From Catajapyx aquilonaris (lineage: Eukaryota): 34,863 nucleotides of DNA. Positions 1-11,404 of this stretch are shown here, in pieces. The DNA lies in assembly GCA_000934665.2 (NCBI GenBank), contig JYFJ02004103.1, positions 1 through 34,863 on the forward strand. The letters run 5' to 3'. Within the stretch, counting starts at the first letter, position 1. Every line of letters starts with the position of its first letter. Position numbers and translations under genes: made by a program. The notes beneath the pieces are model-generated. The model ran no database searches, was not told the DNA's origin, and saw only the letters and a program-made list of their open reading frames with translations.

Positions 1-426
1 ACATCTGTATTTGAAGAGCAAGGTTTATTCTACATCTATGCCAAATTTCATGCTTTCGTCACAAAGTGAACGGTTCAAACCCTTACCATCCGGACTAAAA
101 TTGCTATAGGAAAAATCTATATTTCAACGACAATGTCGGGGGGAGAGGGGAAGTGTGAAGGCTGATCTGCAACAATTATCCATCTCCACACCTACTAAGA
201 GGCGAGAGCTGTCTGTGCAGCTTTAGAAGATTTAATACGGGAAAATGACGAATGCAGGTGTCACTCGCCCATTTCAATTTCCGTGGAAATTAGTCTGCCA
301 ATTATTTCCATTTACCACTCACGATTATCATCATATTGGAACTTTGTGTACAGTAATATGCAGTATTATCTGGGAACCCAAGTCTTCAATCGAGTCAAAT
401 GTGCCTTTACTGATGCCTACCGAAAA

Positions 427-581
427 GTACTATGGGACTCAAATAATTCTTTTGGCCACTTTATCCTGGTCTTGAAGCAACCCTTCACACGCACCCACTT
501 CCTCACCATGGGGTCTGTGCGAAGGGTTGCTTCAAGGCCAAGATCAAGACAGTGGCCAAAAGAATTTGAGCCCCATAGTAC
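427..581. mobile_element. Short foldback element / MITE-like hairpin (~155 bp)
   Basis: The left arm GTACTATGGGACTCAAAT...TTTTGGCCACT...CTTGAAGCAACCCTTC is the imperfect reverse complement of the right arm GAAGGGTTGCTTCAAG...AGTGGCCAAAAG...ATTTGAGCCCCATAGTAC. The loop is ~15 nt and there is TA at both ends. Confidence 0.7.
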
Positions 582-590
582 ATGGTTGGG

Positions 591-646
591 AACAACAACA
601 ACAACAATAATAATAATAATAACCAGTCATCATCATCATCATCATC
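591..646. repeat. Compound trinucleotide microsatellite (AAC)n(AAT)n..(CAT)n
   Basis: aacaacaacaacaac aataataataataat aacc agt catcatcatcatcatcat. Confidence 0.9.
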
Positions 647-2186
647 GTTAGTATTACGTTCATAGACTCGTAGTAGTATCAGGGCGTACCCTATAGGGCG
701 CGTAACTTTGGACAAGGTGACATTTTGTGAGGGTCGGGCAAAGTTAATTAAAATCTGTGGTTCTATAAATTGTCCAATTATATATATGCGAACCTTTGTA
801 ACAGATTGCAATGAGTGTCATAGTTGGAGCAAAGCGCAAACTCGAGTTGAGGAAGATCCAATTCAGCAGAAAGCAGTCGAGCGAAGATTTGCTCAAGTGA
901 AACGCGCAATTAAACGAAATGCTATCTCCAGCCGGCCCAGGCTGAGAAGGAAGTCCGTATACTCAAGAGGTTCCGGTGCTTAATCTCGCTAAGATTGCTG
1001 ATGACTCGAGAGAACCTGCAGCATTATGATAAGAACCATTATTTACGAACTGTTTAAACGCCTTTCACGTGGTTTTTTCCACTGGGATTATGTAACTTAA
1101 ATTCAGAATAGCTACAACCTTTACATATTACTCCTGACTAGAAATTTTCAAGATGTTCATAATTATGAGGGAATAGTTTAACTTATAGTAAAATGCCGAG
1201 TATCATGGTGAAAAAAATCATGTGTTGCCTTTAACAGTCTGTCACTGTGCTTTTTGTCTGGCATCAAAGTAAAATGCACATGGCAACCAAGAATGCACTT
1301 GGTGCTCACAATAGTGGGATTATTAATGCGACACACAAGGTTCAAATGATTAACAGAAATTGCCTTGATTGTAGGCTATTTAAATTCGATGACCACCTCC
1401 TCTGAAGGTGCATAAAAATTATACCATTTTCTGACCATGCTCTGGTGAAATAATAGTGCAATGATGCGTACAGTATATAAAAGTCAATTAAAAGACATTC
1501 CTAATGCATTAATTATTCTACTTTTATGTTACATTAAACCCACTACGCTATATAGCTGGTTCCGTGTCTTGACAGCTCTGATTGCAATGGATTTGCATGG
1601 TTTATACAGTATATTTCAATTTCCATCAATAGATTAAGGCTATGCATCTTCCCCAGCAATAACTTAGCACACGATGTAACAATTACTGCCAAACACAAGC
1701 TACCAGGTAAGATTATATCAGAAACTGCCATACTTCTGGCATATACCTCTACTAGCGTGTCTATTATGGACTTGTAAGCTGCACGATGCAGGTTTTTAAA
1801 AATCTTGGGCATATCATATTAGGCAATATAAATCTGTTCCTTTTTCAAACTAGTAAAGTAGTGTATTCTCTGCTAATCCTCGATATTTCTGGATTACGGA
1901 AGTGTGCTGACAGCACCAATGTAGCTACTTGTAAATTACACGCCAGAATAAATAAAAAGTAGGCCCCTAATGAATGTAACATGCAGCTTTTTAAATATTT
2001 TCGCTCCAGTTTTGCGGTTACAGCAGTGTTACAGTCAATATATTAAAATGTCGTTTGAAAGAAGCTATTTTTAGGCGAATCCACTGCAACCGACTCTACC
2101 GTCACTAAACTCAGCACTTTTCCACAGTTGGCTTTTGGCAATATTAAAATGGATTATAAATAAATACACTTGAATTACGGTGCTCA

Positions 2187-2260
2187 GGGGCAAGTCAGTG
2201 TGGTTAGGGGCGGAGTGATTCAACACCTCACTGCTCCCGGATTCAAATTCAGGACACGGA
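2187..2260 (+). mobile_element. Possible degenerate tRNA-derived SINE head
   Basis: An A-box-like GTGTGGTTAGGG is followed by a B-box-like GATTCAAATTC (2240-2250) at tRNA-like spacing; the match is degenerate. Confidence 0.3.
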
Positions 2261-2858
2261 ACCCGTGAGGGTTGGGGTAATACGGAGCCTCTGCAGTAAA
2301 ACCGCAAATTTCAGAATGCGCAAAATGACAAAAAATTAAATCAGAGAGCGCCACCTGGGGATCTAACTCTAAGGTATTTCCCCATCCATCTCGTCTCCAC
2401 ATCTGCCTCTTCCTCCACATGCATGGCGGGGTGCCAAAAGCACACCAGCAAAATTATGAAATCATATTAAAATAGGAACTAAATTCATTTCTGCCTTTCC
2501 GTTCAAAGGTGAATGATAATTGACCGGAGGTTATGGTTACTTTTGCGGATTGGCATTTTGCCTCTGATACTGCTTTCAATAATTATCGCGGATGTCATCA
2601 TTATACAGTAGAGCATATCCACGACTTACGTAAGTTGATCTGCCCACATAAAAATGAACTAATAAAATTTTCAGACACAAATTGTGAATAAATAATTTCA
2701 TCCAGGGGTTACATCAACTTGCCCCTACAATCATATATATCCAACAAAAATACCAGTATACCAGATTTTTTGTGAATAAATTGTCAAAAAGTAGAGTGTC
2801 AATGGCAGCTACTATCCTTTCCTCATATCGTATGAGTCGACACAGATACACACGCCTT

Positions 2859-3051
2859 AAGGCCGGTATCCACGTACGAGATTCTTGCATACGAGGAGCC
2901 GCGAGGAGCCAACTGCGCATGCCCAGATACGAGGAAAGGGGGGAAAAGTAGAAAATTTTCTACTTTTTCCCCTTTCCTCGTATCTGGGCATGCGCAGTTG
3001 GCTCCTCGCGGCTTCTCGTATGCGAGATTCTTGTACGTGGATACCGGCCTT
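2859..3051. mobile_element. Near-perfect palindromic MITE (~193 bp), PIF/Harbinger-like termini
   Basis: The arms are ~96 bp with no spacer (centre GTAGAAAA|TTTTCTAC at 2955/2956). Termini are AGGCCGGTATCCAC...GTGGATACCGGCCT, flanked by TTA and TGA (a possible 3-bp TWA-type TSD with one mismatch). The superfamily assignment is inference. Confidence 0.85.
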
Positions 3052-3605
3052 GAGATAACATGTTGCCACAACTTGCATAACTACACCAAAACTTGATGAA
3101 TGGACTATACAACGACTATTCAGACTATTCAGTGACATTTTGACTCGCATTCGTATATTGGAGCTAACTCACTCGTGTCAAGGTGTTACAGTGCACCTCC
3201 ACATGTACCGGATATTTCGGAATTTAGGTCACATCCGTATCTGTATAAAATTTTTTCGTTCCTACCGCCTCACCTGAAGGTCAGGTTGGGCTCGAAAAAT
3301 CAGTATAAGGATATAGCATTAAGCGAAAAATAAATTACTCTACTAATTCTCAACTTTTAATCGTTAAAGTTTAGTTAATTCCTCCGCATCGTAAATTATA
3401 TCATCCCATTTCTGGCACAAGGTTGAATCTGATTAGACCACAACTTTAATATGCACGTGTTTGGCCCGCGTCTTGATTCCACGATTTACGCAATCCCGCC
3501 CCAGAAAATGAACCAAGCATCCTTCGGATAGCCCTCCACGCATTTCTCCCCGCCACAGAAATGCGCCAAAATAAACAGATGATTAAACCTAGGGGAAACG
3601 AGAGT

Positions 3606-3628
3606 GGGGGGGCGGGGGAGGGGGTGGG
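3606..3628 (+). other. G-quadruplex-forming motif
   Basis: G7-C-G5-A-G5-T-G3: four G runs with 1-nt loops. Confidence 0.55.
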
Positions 3629-6600
3629 TCAGAAAAAGGGCTACGAGACCGCCAGCATCAAACGTGGTGTCTAATAGGAGTAAAATCAATTTTCATACTG
3701 GCGGGAATTGCTCGTCATGTAATAATTCCGGACGCCTTGAGCTTTCCCATCACTGGGGAGCTCGCCCAGAAGGGCATCAAATATGCATGGGATTAGGAAG
3801 GAAAATAACTCTTCACTTCCTGGGCTGCGTAAGTGCTGGAGGTTCCATCGAGTTATAAGCGCAGGTAAATGCACCTTAGTGTTTGAGGTGGCCCTGAATA
3901 TCGCTTCGACCTGATTGCGTGGCTTGCGTGAATTCCGATCTCGAGGATTATAAGCAATTTAGCTTACTGTTCACGAGCTCTGCCCATTCAAGTTTCCAGG
4001 AAATAATCTGGGAGGTAATGGGTATACTACAGGACGGGAAGCTATTTTCGAAGGGTTAAACAGAAACGTAGATGATGTCTAATGTCATGTGGTGCACCAA
4101 TTGTGGACAATTTGGTGCAAGATGTTTTGGTGTTTGGATCAGTAAACTATGCAGAGGAATAGTACAGTGCCTATTTATTGATTACTTTTCACTTACGTAA
4201 TGTTAGTCAGAATTTAAGCTGCATATGAAAGGGGTCTTGAGTGCGACGTGAGTTGATCGTAACATATGCTCTGTCCATCTACATGCCGTGATAGGAACTG
4301 TAGGACAGTTTTATGTATAGTTAGAGTTGCTATTCAATCACATTTTATTCTGGGGCGCCCTAATTTTTGTTGTTTTCAGTGATAGCTGTAGTCGTCTGCA
4401 GTTCATATGGCTCAACATATTCCCTTTAAACTATCTTCTGATCATTGCGTTGGTTTTATCGAATATAACACTTTGTACGTTTAATTATGGAAAATAATTG
4501 ATAAAATTTATACAGCAAACGTATAGGGGTTGTCCTAATCCCTTCATTTTAAATGTCCGGCAGGACAATTGGTGTTCCTATTAATTCTCCAGAAATATAA
4601 ATTGTACACAATAAGCTTACTACAGTAGTTCTATTTTGCTAATGACGCAATATTGGCTTATATTATGTGCGAGTAGCCAGCCCTGGGACAGCACAGGGTG
4701 AAAGGCCATATTGACTTTCTTAACGGGTCGTAGTATCATGCAACAAAACGTCGACAGCTACATTAACCAAGTGTCACGTGGCTTTATTCATAGGCATCGT
4801 CTCACGCAGCTTTAGGCCAAGGTACAACAAACACCTAAGACTTTAAGCCGAATCCAATATAGTATTGACGGAAAATAATAATTAGATTCCAAAAAAATAA
4901 ATCAAATAATTTCCTTTGAAAAAATTCAAAGCTCTGTTCAAAATTGCCATTCTGCAAATAGAACTAACTTATAAAGCAGTGCAGCTCTCCTCAAATTTTT
5001 CTTGTCGAGGAACCTCGTTGCTTGCCACAAACTTAGACAGAAGCCAGCATAATAGCAAGCATAATGCAAGGGCCTTGCGCCTGACTTGATCCCTCCGGGC
5101 CTGGCGACCCCTACGCGCCGTCCCTGTATCATACCTAATGACAGCATGGTAACCTACATCCTCATGTTCAATACTGTACACTCACGAGGCCGACTTTGCA
5201 GTTTTTTACTTTGTTGGTGTGAGAATAATAGACCCGAGAACTATGGGGATTATTTTATATTCGAATATTTACCACCTGACTAATATGTAATTCAGCTTCT
5301 TATTCCATTTAATATCTTAGAGCACCACCGCACTGGTTGAAGATCGATGGCCGATAGAGATCTTGAGAAATCTGACGTGTATATAGGTATAGTGCAGAGA
5401 ATGTGTAAATGGTCACAATTTTAACACACATGCTGTAGGATGGGAAAGTTTAAGTTGGGAGTTGGAAGATTCTACATATTGAGAAAATAATGTCAATGCG
5501 TGGGTGTGTGTATGTATGTGAGTCTATCCGAGGTTAAAGGCTAAATCTTGAATCCAATGGTCTCAAACTTTCCAATGTTCTGTACAGTAATATAGTCTAC
5601 TTGTAGGTGACGGCGGTGGCAGGAGGCGATATTTGGGCAATCAAGGGGACTGTCAACTACTCATCCTGGAGTGATCCGAGGTCCAACTCAGATACTGTCC
5701 ATAAAACAATCATGTTCTGCTCTCATATTTCTGTGTTATTTTGGAATTTTTCTTTTACCTACAGAAACAATAATTTTGTGGCGATGAGGGTGAGGGAGAA
5801 GGTACATGAGAGATGGGCGTGAGGATTATGAGGGGATGATATAGAGAGAGTGGAGATATCAAAGAGGTCCTCTTCTGATGTAGAAATGAGTCCAACTGCT
5901 TATTTTAGTCACCACATAGGATACTCCGGGATACTCTAATAATAGGCGTACCATTGATTTTTATCTAAATATTGCTGTTTGCATACAATAGATCTGGTTG
6001 ACCGCGCTTGCCACGTCTTTTGACACTCTGCCCCAATATAGTAACATCCGCAGAAAATCCGTAATATGATGTTGCATTATCTCGCTCAAGGAATGTACTG
6101 TACAGTACATGCAGGAAGAAATATTAGCCTGTGCCACATATCTGTTGAAAACCTTTAAAAACCAGGACCATCTTTCCAAGTTTTTTTCTCTTTTTTCACC
6201 ACCTTGGCGTAGTATACAAGCGATGGTGGCAGATTTTGTTGTTTGGTAAAAATAAGCATCAAAGCTACAGCCCATAGTAAGCAAATCTACCATTCTGTGT
6301 TCCCTCCTTATACATCCCGGAAATGTAACGACTCACTTGCACCTCTTAACAGACTAAACAGTAATATGAAATACTGTACACCATTCCTTGTCCAGTCCAG
6401 CAATAATAGATACATTTCAGCATACAGGGTAATAATTAACTCATGGATAATGGGCTGAGGGGGGGAGACAATTATGTACCAAAAACAAAATGCTCTGCAT
6501 CATTTTTGAATGGGAAGTGCCACGATGGTGCGAGGCGGCAATATATTATTGCTTAATTTTTATTAATGTCTCCTGCAGTTTAGATGACCTGGCTGTCACC

Positions 6601-9217
6601 CGTAACACCCGGGTCACCTAACGAACAGGATACTCCCGATTAATGCACATTGGAAAGAGTTGCCTTAATAATATTGCCGTCGCATGACACATGGTAGCGA
6701 TTCGTATCAGTGAAAGATTAGGCGATTATTTAGTCTCGGAATAGATCGAGAAATAATAATCCTACCAATCCTTTTTGAGGGAGTAACCACCCTATATGAT
6801 GAGTCCCCCACCCGTTTTCTCTTGGAATAAAAGGCATTGCCTGAGACATGGGCAATATTAATGTTGGACATCATTGCCATCTTAATGACCATCACAGATG
6901 TTTACATCGTTATGGTATGCAAGCTGGAAATTCGGGACCATCGGTTTTTCAGATTCTGCCATCAGTCTCCCGTTTCTTATAATATAGGTATTGATGGGAA
7001 AAATCATTTCCGGCAGCAATTGTGCAGTCGAAAAGTTCGAATTTCACCATTGCATACGTCTGAAAAGGCTGAACAGCCTTGCTCTCAACAATAAAGCATT
7101 CTCATCTGCAGCTATAGGGCATCAGCCGAATCACAATAGAAAAAACAAGTGGTTTTTTGAAACACAATATTCTTTGATGAATGCCATTCAAAAGCAAGGC
7201 ATTGTTCAAAAATAAGTATTCTATTGGAGGAAATCAATTGTATTGATACAATGAGAAGTAATTTTCAATTCAATATCCTTTTGGCGGAAGAAGCTCGGTA
7301 ATTTCCAAATTGGAAAGTGACATTGTGCCAGCAGCGAGCGAGGTAAATAAATCTGTCTGGAAAATTTTCCAACGACCCAATTGGCATCGACAAGCCTAAG
7401 GTACGGAAGGCACAATTAGTAACGAGGAAGCCTTTCTCGAGTCTTCAGAGGTTATTAGTGCTAATGGGGTTTGATTGATGAAGCGAAGGCGGCACTGATG
7501 GAGATTGTGGCTGGGTCGCAAATATATTCCTAGCTCATTGTACCCAGTCCGTAATCTCGTCTTGCTCTCAATTGACATTACATTTTCGACCTAATTTATA
7601 TCGAAAACAATGCTGGTTCTTCCCTCTTGACCTTGTTTTCTGGCTTCAGGAAATTGCGGCCTGATATTCACTAAACGGAGCTTCCTACATTTCGTATCTC
7701 TATTTTTACATTTGCGTGGGTAGAGCAGAGGCAGATGAAGGCGTCGAAACGACAATCAAAATGTCGGTAGCAGAGGCATATTGCAGATACCGTCCGCGTT
7801 CGGCATGGTATATTTTTAGCACCGATAATATGCGTGAGTCGCCTATGATATTAGCCACATAATTTAGTCAAAAAGACCCTCACTACTGACTACAATTACA
7901 GTAATGATTATATTAAAACAATATGTTTTGTCAACAATATTATGAAGTGATAGGAACTAAGACAATAGTGGCCGTACCTTAATTATATTCACTGCCCCAA
8001 AAATGATCGCTTGTCGTAATATCGACAATTCAAGTCCCTGCCCCAAAGTGTAAACATGCTGCAAAGTGAGTTTGCCCCTCCATAGTCCTAATTCCTGGGG
8101 ATAAGAGAGTGGAGGCGCGTCGTGTGCCAGATGGTGTGAGAGAGCTTCTGGAGACAATTTGTATCGCAGGATATTTCTGGGGGTTAGCGCGTGTCCAGGC
8201 TGCGACAGGAAAAGTATAGAAGAATTAGCGAGCTCGCCGGGCTATTTTTAGGCTTTAGCCGGCAACCCCGCCGTTTTCCAGCCTACACGACTGTATGCAT
8301 TTTTTCCACCTACCCCCCTCCCCAACTTCTCCTGGCCGCCCCTACCTTAATCCAGGAGCTCGGAGGATTGGACTGGTCATGTTTGATCTCACTTGCAAAA
8401 TTAGAGTTGGAAAGTCCTTGACTTTTGCAGGGCAACATCATATTGGCACAACCCTCATTTTCTATCAACATGCTAAGTAGGACTTTTTGAAGAAAAAAAA
8501 AATGCGGTGAACAGCGTGTTATTGGCGACGGTGTAACAAATATGCATGGCTCGATGCGCGGCATTCCACCTGCATTATTCTGGCAAAGTTTGTTCGGCCT
8601 TGTTGTTGTTGTCGCGGTTGGACCCCACCCCTGCCCCTTCTGTCTCACACCCCTTGACACTTGTTGTCGCAGTTATTTTTTTTCTTCTTACGGGGGACAT
8701 TACTATATAGCCAGACTGCGGAGCTGGTTACACTCAGGTCGTTTGTTAAGGTCGAAAAAAAATCCGTAATCGGGTGCAAATGGCAGGGAAAGGGGAAAAA
8801 CTGAAATTATGCGCCAGGTGGAGTTGAAGGGGCCGACCTTCGACGTCGTTTATAATGCGGGGAATATGTCACCATACTCATTTTGCAAATCTGCGCTATT
8901 GGTGAGAGGTGTCCCCCACAAGTTAATTGTAGGCTAACTCTGATTTCATCCCGAGGTCTGCATGTTTCCTGTGATACAGAAGCGACTGCAGTCATATTGT
9001 GGTTAATCAGTGCATGCCCTACTTTTGTAATGTCCGGCCCTGATTAAACGTCTAGTACTGTCCGGAATGACGTGAATAACGAGAATGCGCTGATGACAAG
9101 TGTGCAACTTTTTTTTGCGAACAAAATGATTGGTGTTTGAATCTCTTTCGTAGGTGGGCCATCTGAGTGCCCTTGGCGCCCTCTGCCGATTCCTGTCGGA
9201 AGCAGTCTCGGGGAAGT

Positions 9218-9355
9218 CCACCACCCACCGTCGCCACCCACCCGGCCACCCATCCACCCACCCATCCCTCGACGCTACCCCTCTTCCCCTCGCCCTGCTC
9301 GCCGCCATCCAGCCAGCCAGCCGCCCCTAACCAACCCGACCGACCAACCAACCAA
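9218..9355. repeat. C-rich low-complexity tract (CCAC/CCAG/CCGA/CCAA tetramer runs) just upstream of the putative TSS
   Basis: ccaccacccacc...ccacccatccacccacccatccc...ccagccagccagcc...ccgaccgaccaaccaaccaa. Confidence 0.8.
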
Positions 9356-9402
9356 CGAAGGCCCGGAGTCGGCGCTGTCGGACGAAAATCGAAGCGGGGC
9401 CT

Positions 9403-9436
9403 TCAGTCAAGTGTGAGGACGTGAGCGCGACAGTCA
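9403..9436 (+). promoter_or_regulatory. Putative TATA-less core promoter (Inr + MTE-like + DPE), TSS ~9405
   Basis: TCAGTC at 9403-9408 matches the arthropod Inr TCAKTY (A+1 = 9405). AGTCA at 9432-9436 is exactly +28..+32 and matches the DPE RGWYV. TGAGCGCGACAG at +18..+29 matches 9/12 of the MTE CSARCSSAACGS. The site is 270 nt upstream of the ATG in GC-rich DNA. Confidence 0.6.
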
Positions 9437-9487
9437 GTGGGTCGGTCGGTCAGGCAGTGAGTGCGTCGAGACGGTGTGCTCGAACGC

Positions 9488-9502
9488 ATGTCCAACGAGT
9501 GA
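9488..9502 (+). promoter_or_regulatory. uORF1 (MSNE*) in putative 5' UTR
   Basis: ATG TCC AAC GAG TGA lies between the predicted TSS and the main ATG. Confidence 0.45.
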
Positions 9503-9566
9503 TCGTGTTGATTACAAATCCGACCCTTCCCCTTCCCTTCCCCGTCCCCACCTCCGTCAAAACACC

Positions 9567-9596
9567 ATGCGACGACCACCAAAGTGGCGTAGCTAG
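9567..9596 (+). promoter_or_regulatory. uORF2 (MRRPPKWRS*) in putative 5' UTR
   Basis: CACCATG context (A at -3); ATG CGA CGA CCA CCA AAG TGG CGT AGC TAG. It is in frame with the main ORF but closed by TAG, with a further in-frame TGA at 9669-9671. Confidence 0.5.
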
Positions 9597-9674
9597 CTGG
9601 ACGTGTCAGTTGGAACGGTGCTGCTACGGAGCACATTGACCCATCAATTGACCCCGGCCGTAAAAGAGTGAACG

Positions 9675-11404
9675 ATGGAGTTGCCGTGGTTGTTGCTGCT
9701 ACCCATGCTGCTGTCGGGCGGCTCGGTGGCGGCCAAGAACTATACTGACAGCGGAGCGCCCAAGTGTTCGGAAGGGTTAGTGTTGCCCATGTGGATGCCG
9801 CAAGAGAACCTCAGCACTGGTGACCGAGTGGCCCGCGGTATCGTCTACTTCATTGGCATGATATACCTGTTCATTGGAGTGTCCATCGTGTCTGACCGGT
9901 TCATGGCCTCCATCGAGGTGATCACCTCCAAGGAGAAGGAGATCACGGTCAAGCGACCCAATGGCGAAACCCAAATTGTGGTGGTCAGGGTATGGAACGA
10001 GACTGTGGCCAACCTAACTCTGATGGCCCTTGGATCCTCCGCTCCAGAGATCCTACTTTCCATTATTGAAATTTGGGCCAAGAATTTCGAGGCAGGCGAC
10101 TTGGGGCCAGGAACCATTGTGGGGTCTGCTGCATTCAACCTCTTGATTATCATCGCACTGTGCGTGTACGTGATACCATCGAATGAGGTACGAAAAATCA
10201 AGCATTTGAGGGTGTTCTTCGTCACCGCCACTTGGTCCATCTTTGCCTACGTGTGGCTGTACATCATATTGGAAGTCATTTCCCCCGGCAGAGTGGAGGT
10301 GTGGGAGGGCATCGTGACCTTCTTGTTTTTCCCGGCCACAGTACTGACAGCCTACATTGCTGACCGACGCCTCCTCATCTACAAATACTTGTCAAAGCAC
10401 TATCGCATGAACCGGCGCGGAATGATTGTCGAGACAGAGGGCGACATGGAGATGGCCAACAAGATCAACCACGTGGATGGCGGACTCAAGACCCTGGATG
10501 AAGAAGAAGAAAATGAAGAGATCCGCGAATTCGAGCAAAACCGCCGAGAATACATCCAGATGTTACGTGAGCTGCGCAAAAAGTACACCAATATGGACAT
10601 GGAGGAACTGGAGGCCATGGCCCGAGAAGAAGTGATGAACAAGGGACCCAAGAGCCGCGCCTTCTACCGCATCCAGGCCACCCGGAAACTGACCGGGGGC
10701 GGCAACATCATGAAGAAGATACAGGAGAGGACCCAGAGTGACCTGGCCGAAATCCGGGCCGAGCAGCAGATGGCCGTGGCCAAGGAGGACGAGATGGTCG
10801 GAAAGGTCTTCTTCGATCCGGGGCACTACACCGTCATGGAGAACGTGGGCCACTTTGTAGTGACCGTTGCCAGGGAAGGCGGTGACCCCAACCAGGGTCT
10901 GCTGGTGGACTACCACACTGAAGATGGCACTGCCAGTGGAGGCTCCGACTACCTCGAGGCCAAGGGCACCCTCTTCTTCCGGGCTGGAGAAAGGCACAAG
11001 ACCATCACATTGGAGGTCATTGACGACGACGTGTTTGAAGAAGACGAGCACTTCTACGTCCGGCTGACCAATCTTCGGTTGGCCACACCCGACGGCACCC
11101 CCATCACCCACCCGGTCAACGGCGAACCCGGAATCATGGCCAACAAGCCCACATACGACCTGACCTCCCCGTTTCTGGCCACCGTCATGATCTTGGATGA
11201 CGACCACGGCGGCATCTTCAGCTTCCCAGAGAAGGACTTTGAATTGGTAGAGTCGGTAGGCACCTACGAGCTCAAGGTGGTGCGTTGGAGCGGAGCTCGA
11301 GGAAAGGTCGCTGTCCCCTACTACACCGATGAAGGCACAGCCAAGCCCGGAAAAGAGTACGAGCACGCTGCGGGGGATGTTATTTTTGAGAACAACGAGT
11401 CTGA
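9675..11404 (+). CDS. Calx: Sodium/calcium exchanger (NCX/Calx, SLC8 family), first coding exon (partial CDS)
   Basis: The 577-aa ORF has a signal peptide (MELPWLLLLPMLLSGGSVAA) and an N-glycosylation sequon (NYT). It contains alpha-1 repeat motifs (WNETVANLTLMALGSSAPEILLS, GPGTIVGSAAFN), an XIP-like segment (RRLLIYKYLSKHYRMNRRG) and GPKSRAFYRIQATRKLTGGGN. CBD1 (YTVMENVG...IDDDVFEEDEHF...ILDDDH) is followed by the start of CBD2 (GIFSF...FENNESE). The start context is strong (ACGATGG). The exon ends at TCTGA|GTGAGT, so the ORF-track stop at 11406-11408 is intronic. Confidence 0.97.

Noticed and set aside
1..1233. Solo DNA-transposon-like termini (38-97; TGTTGCCTTTAA ending ~1233)
   Set aside because: No partner end or TSD is visible, so the family cannot be supported from the sequence alone.
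2714..3150. Overlapping ORFs across the palindrome
   Set aside because: They are by-products of the GC-rich foldback element.
9003..9424. G/W/P-rich ORFs upstream of the gene
   Set aside because: They are translations of the low-complexity C-rich tract.
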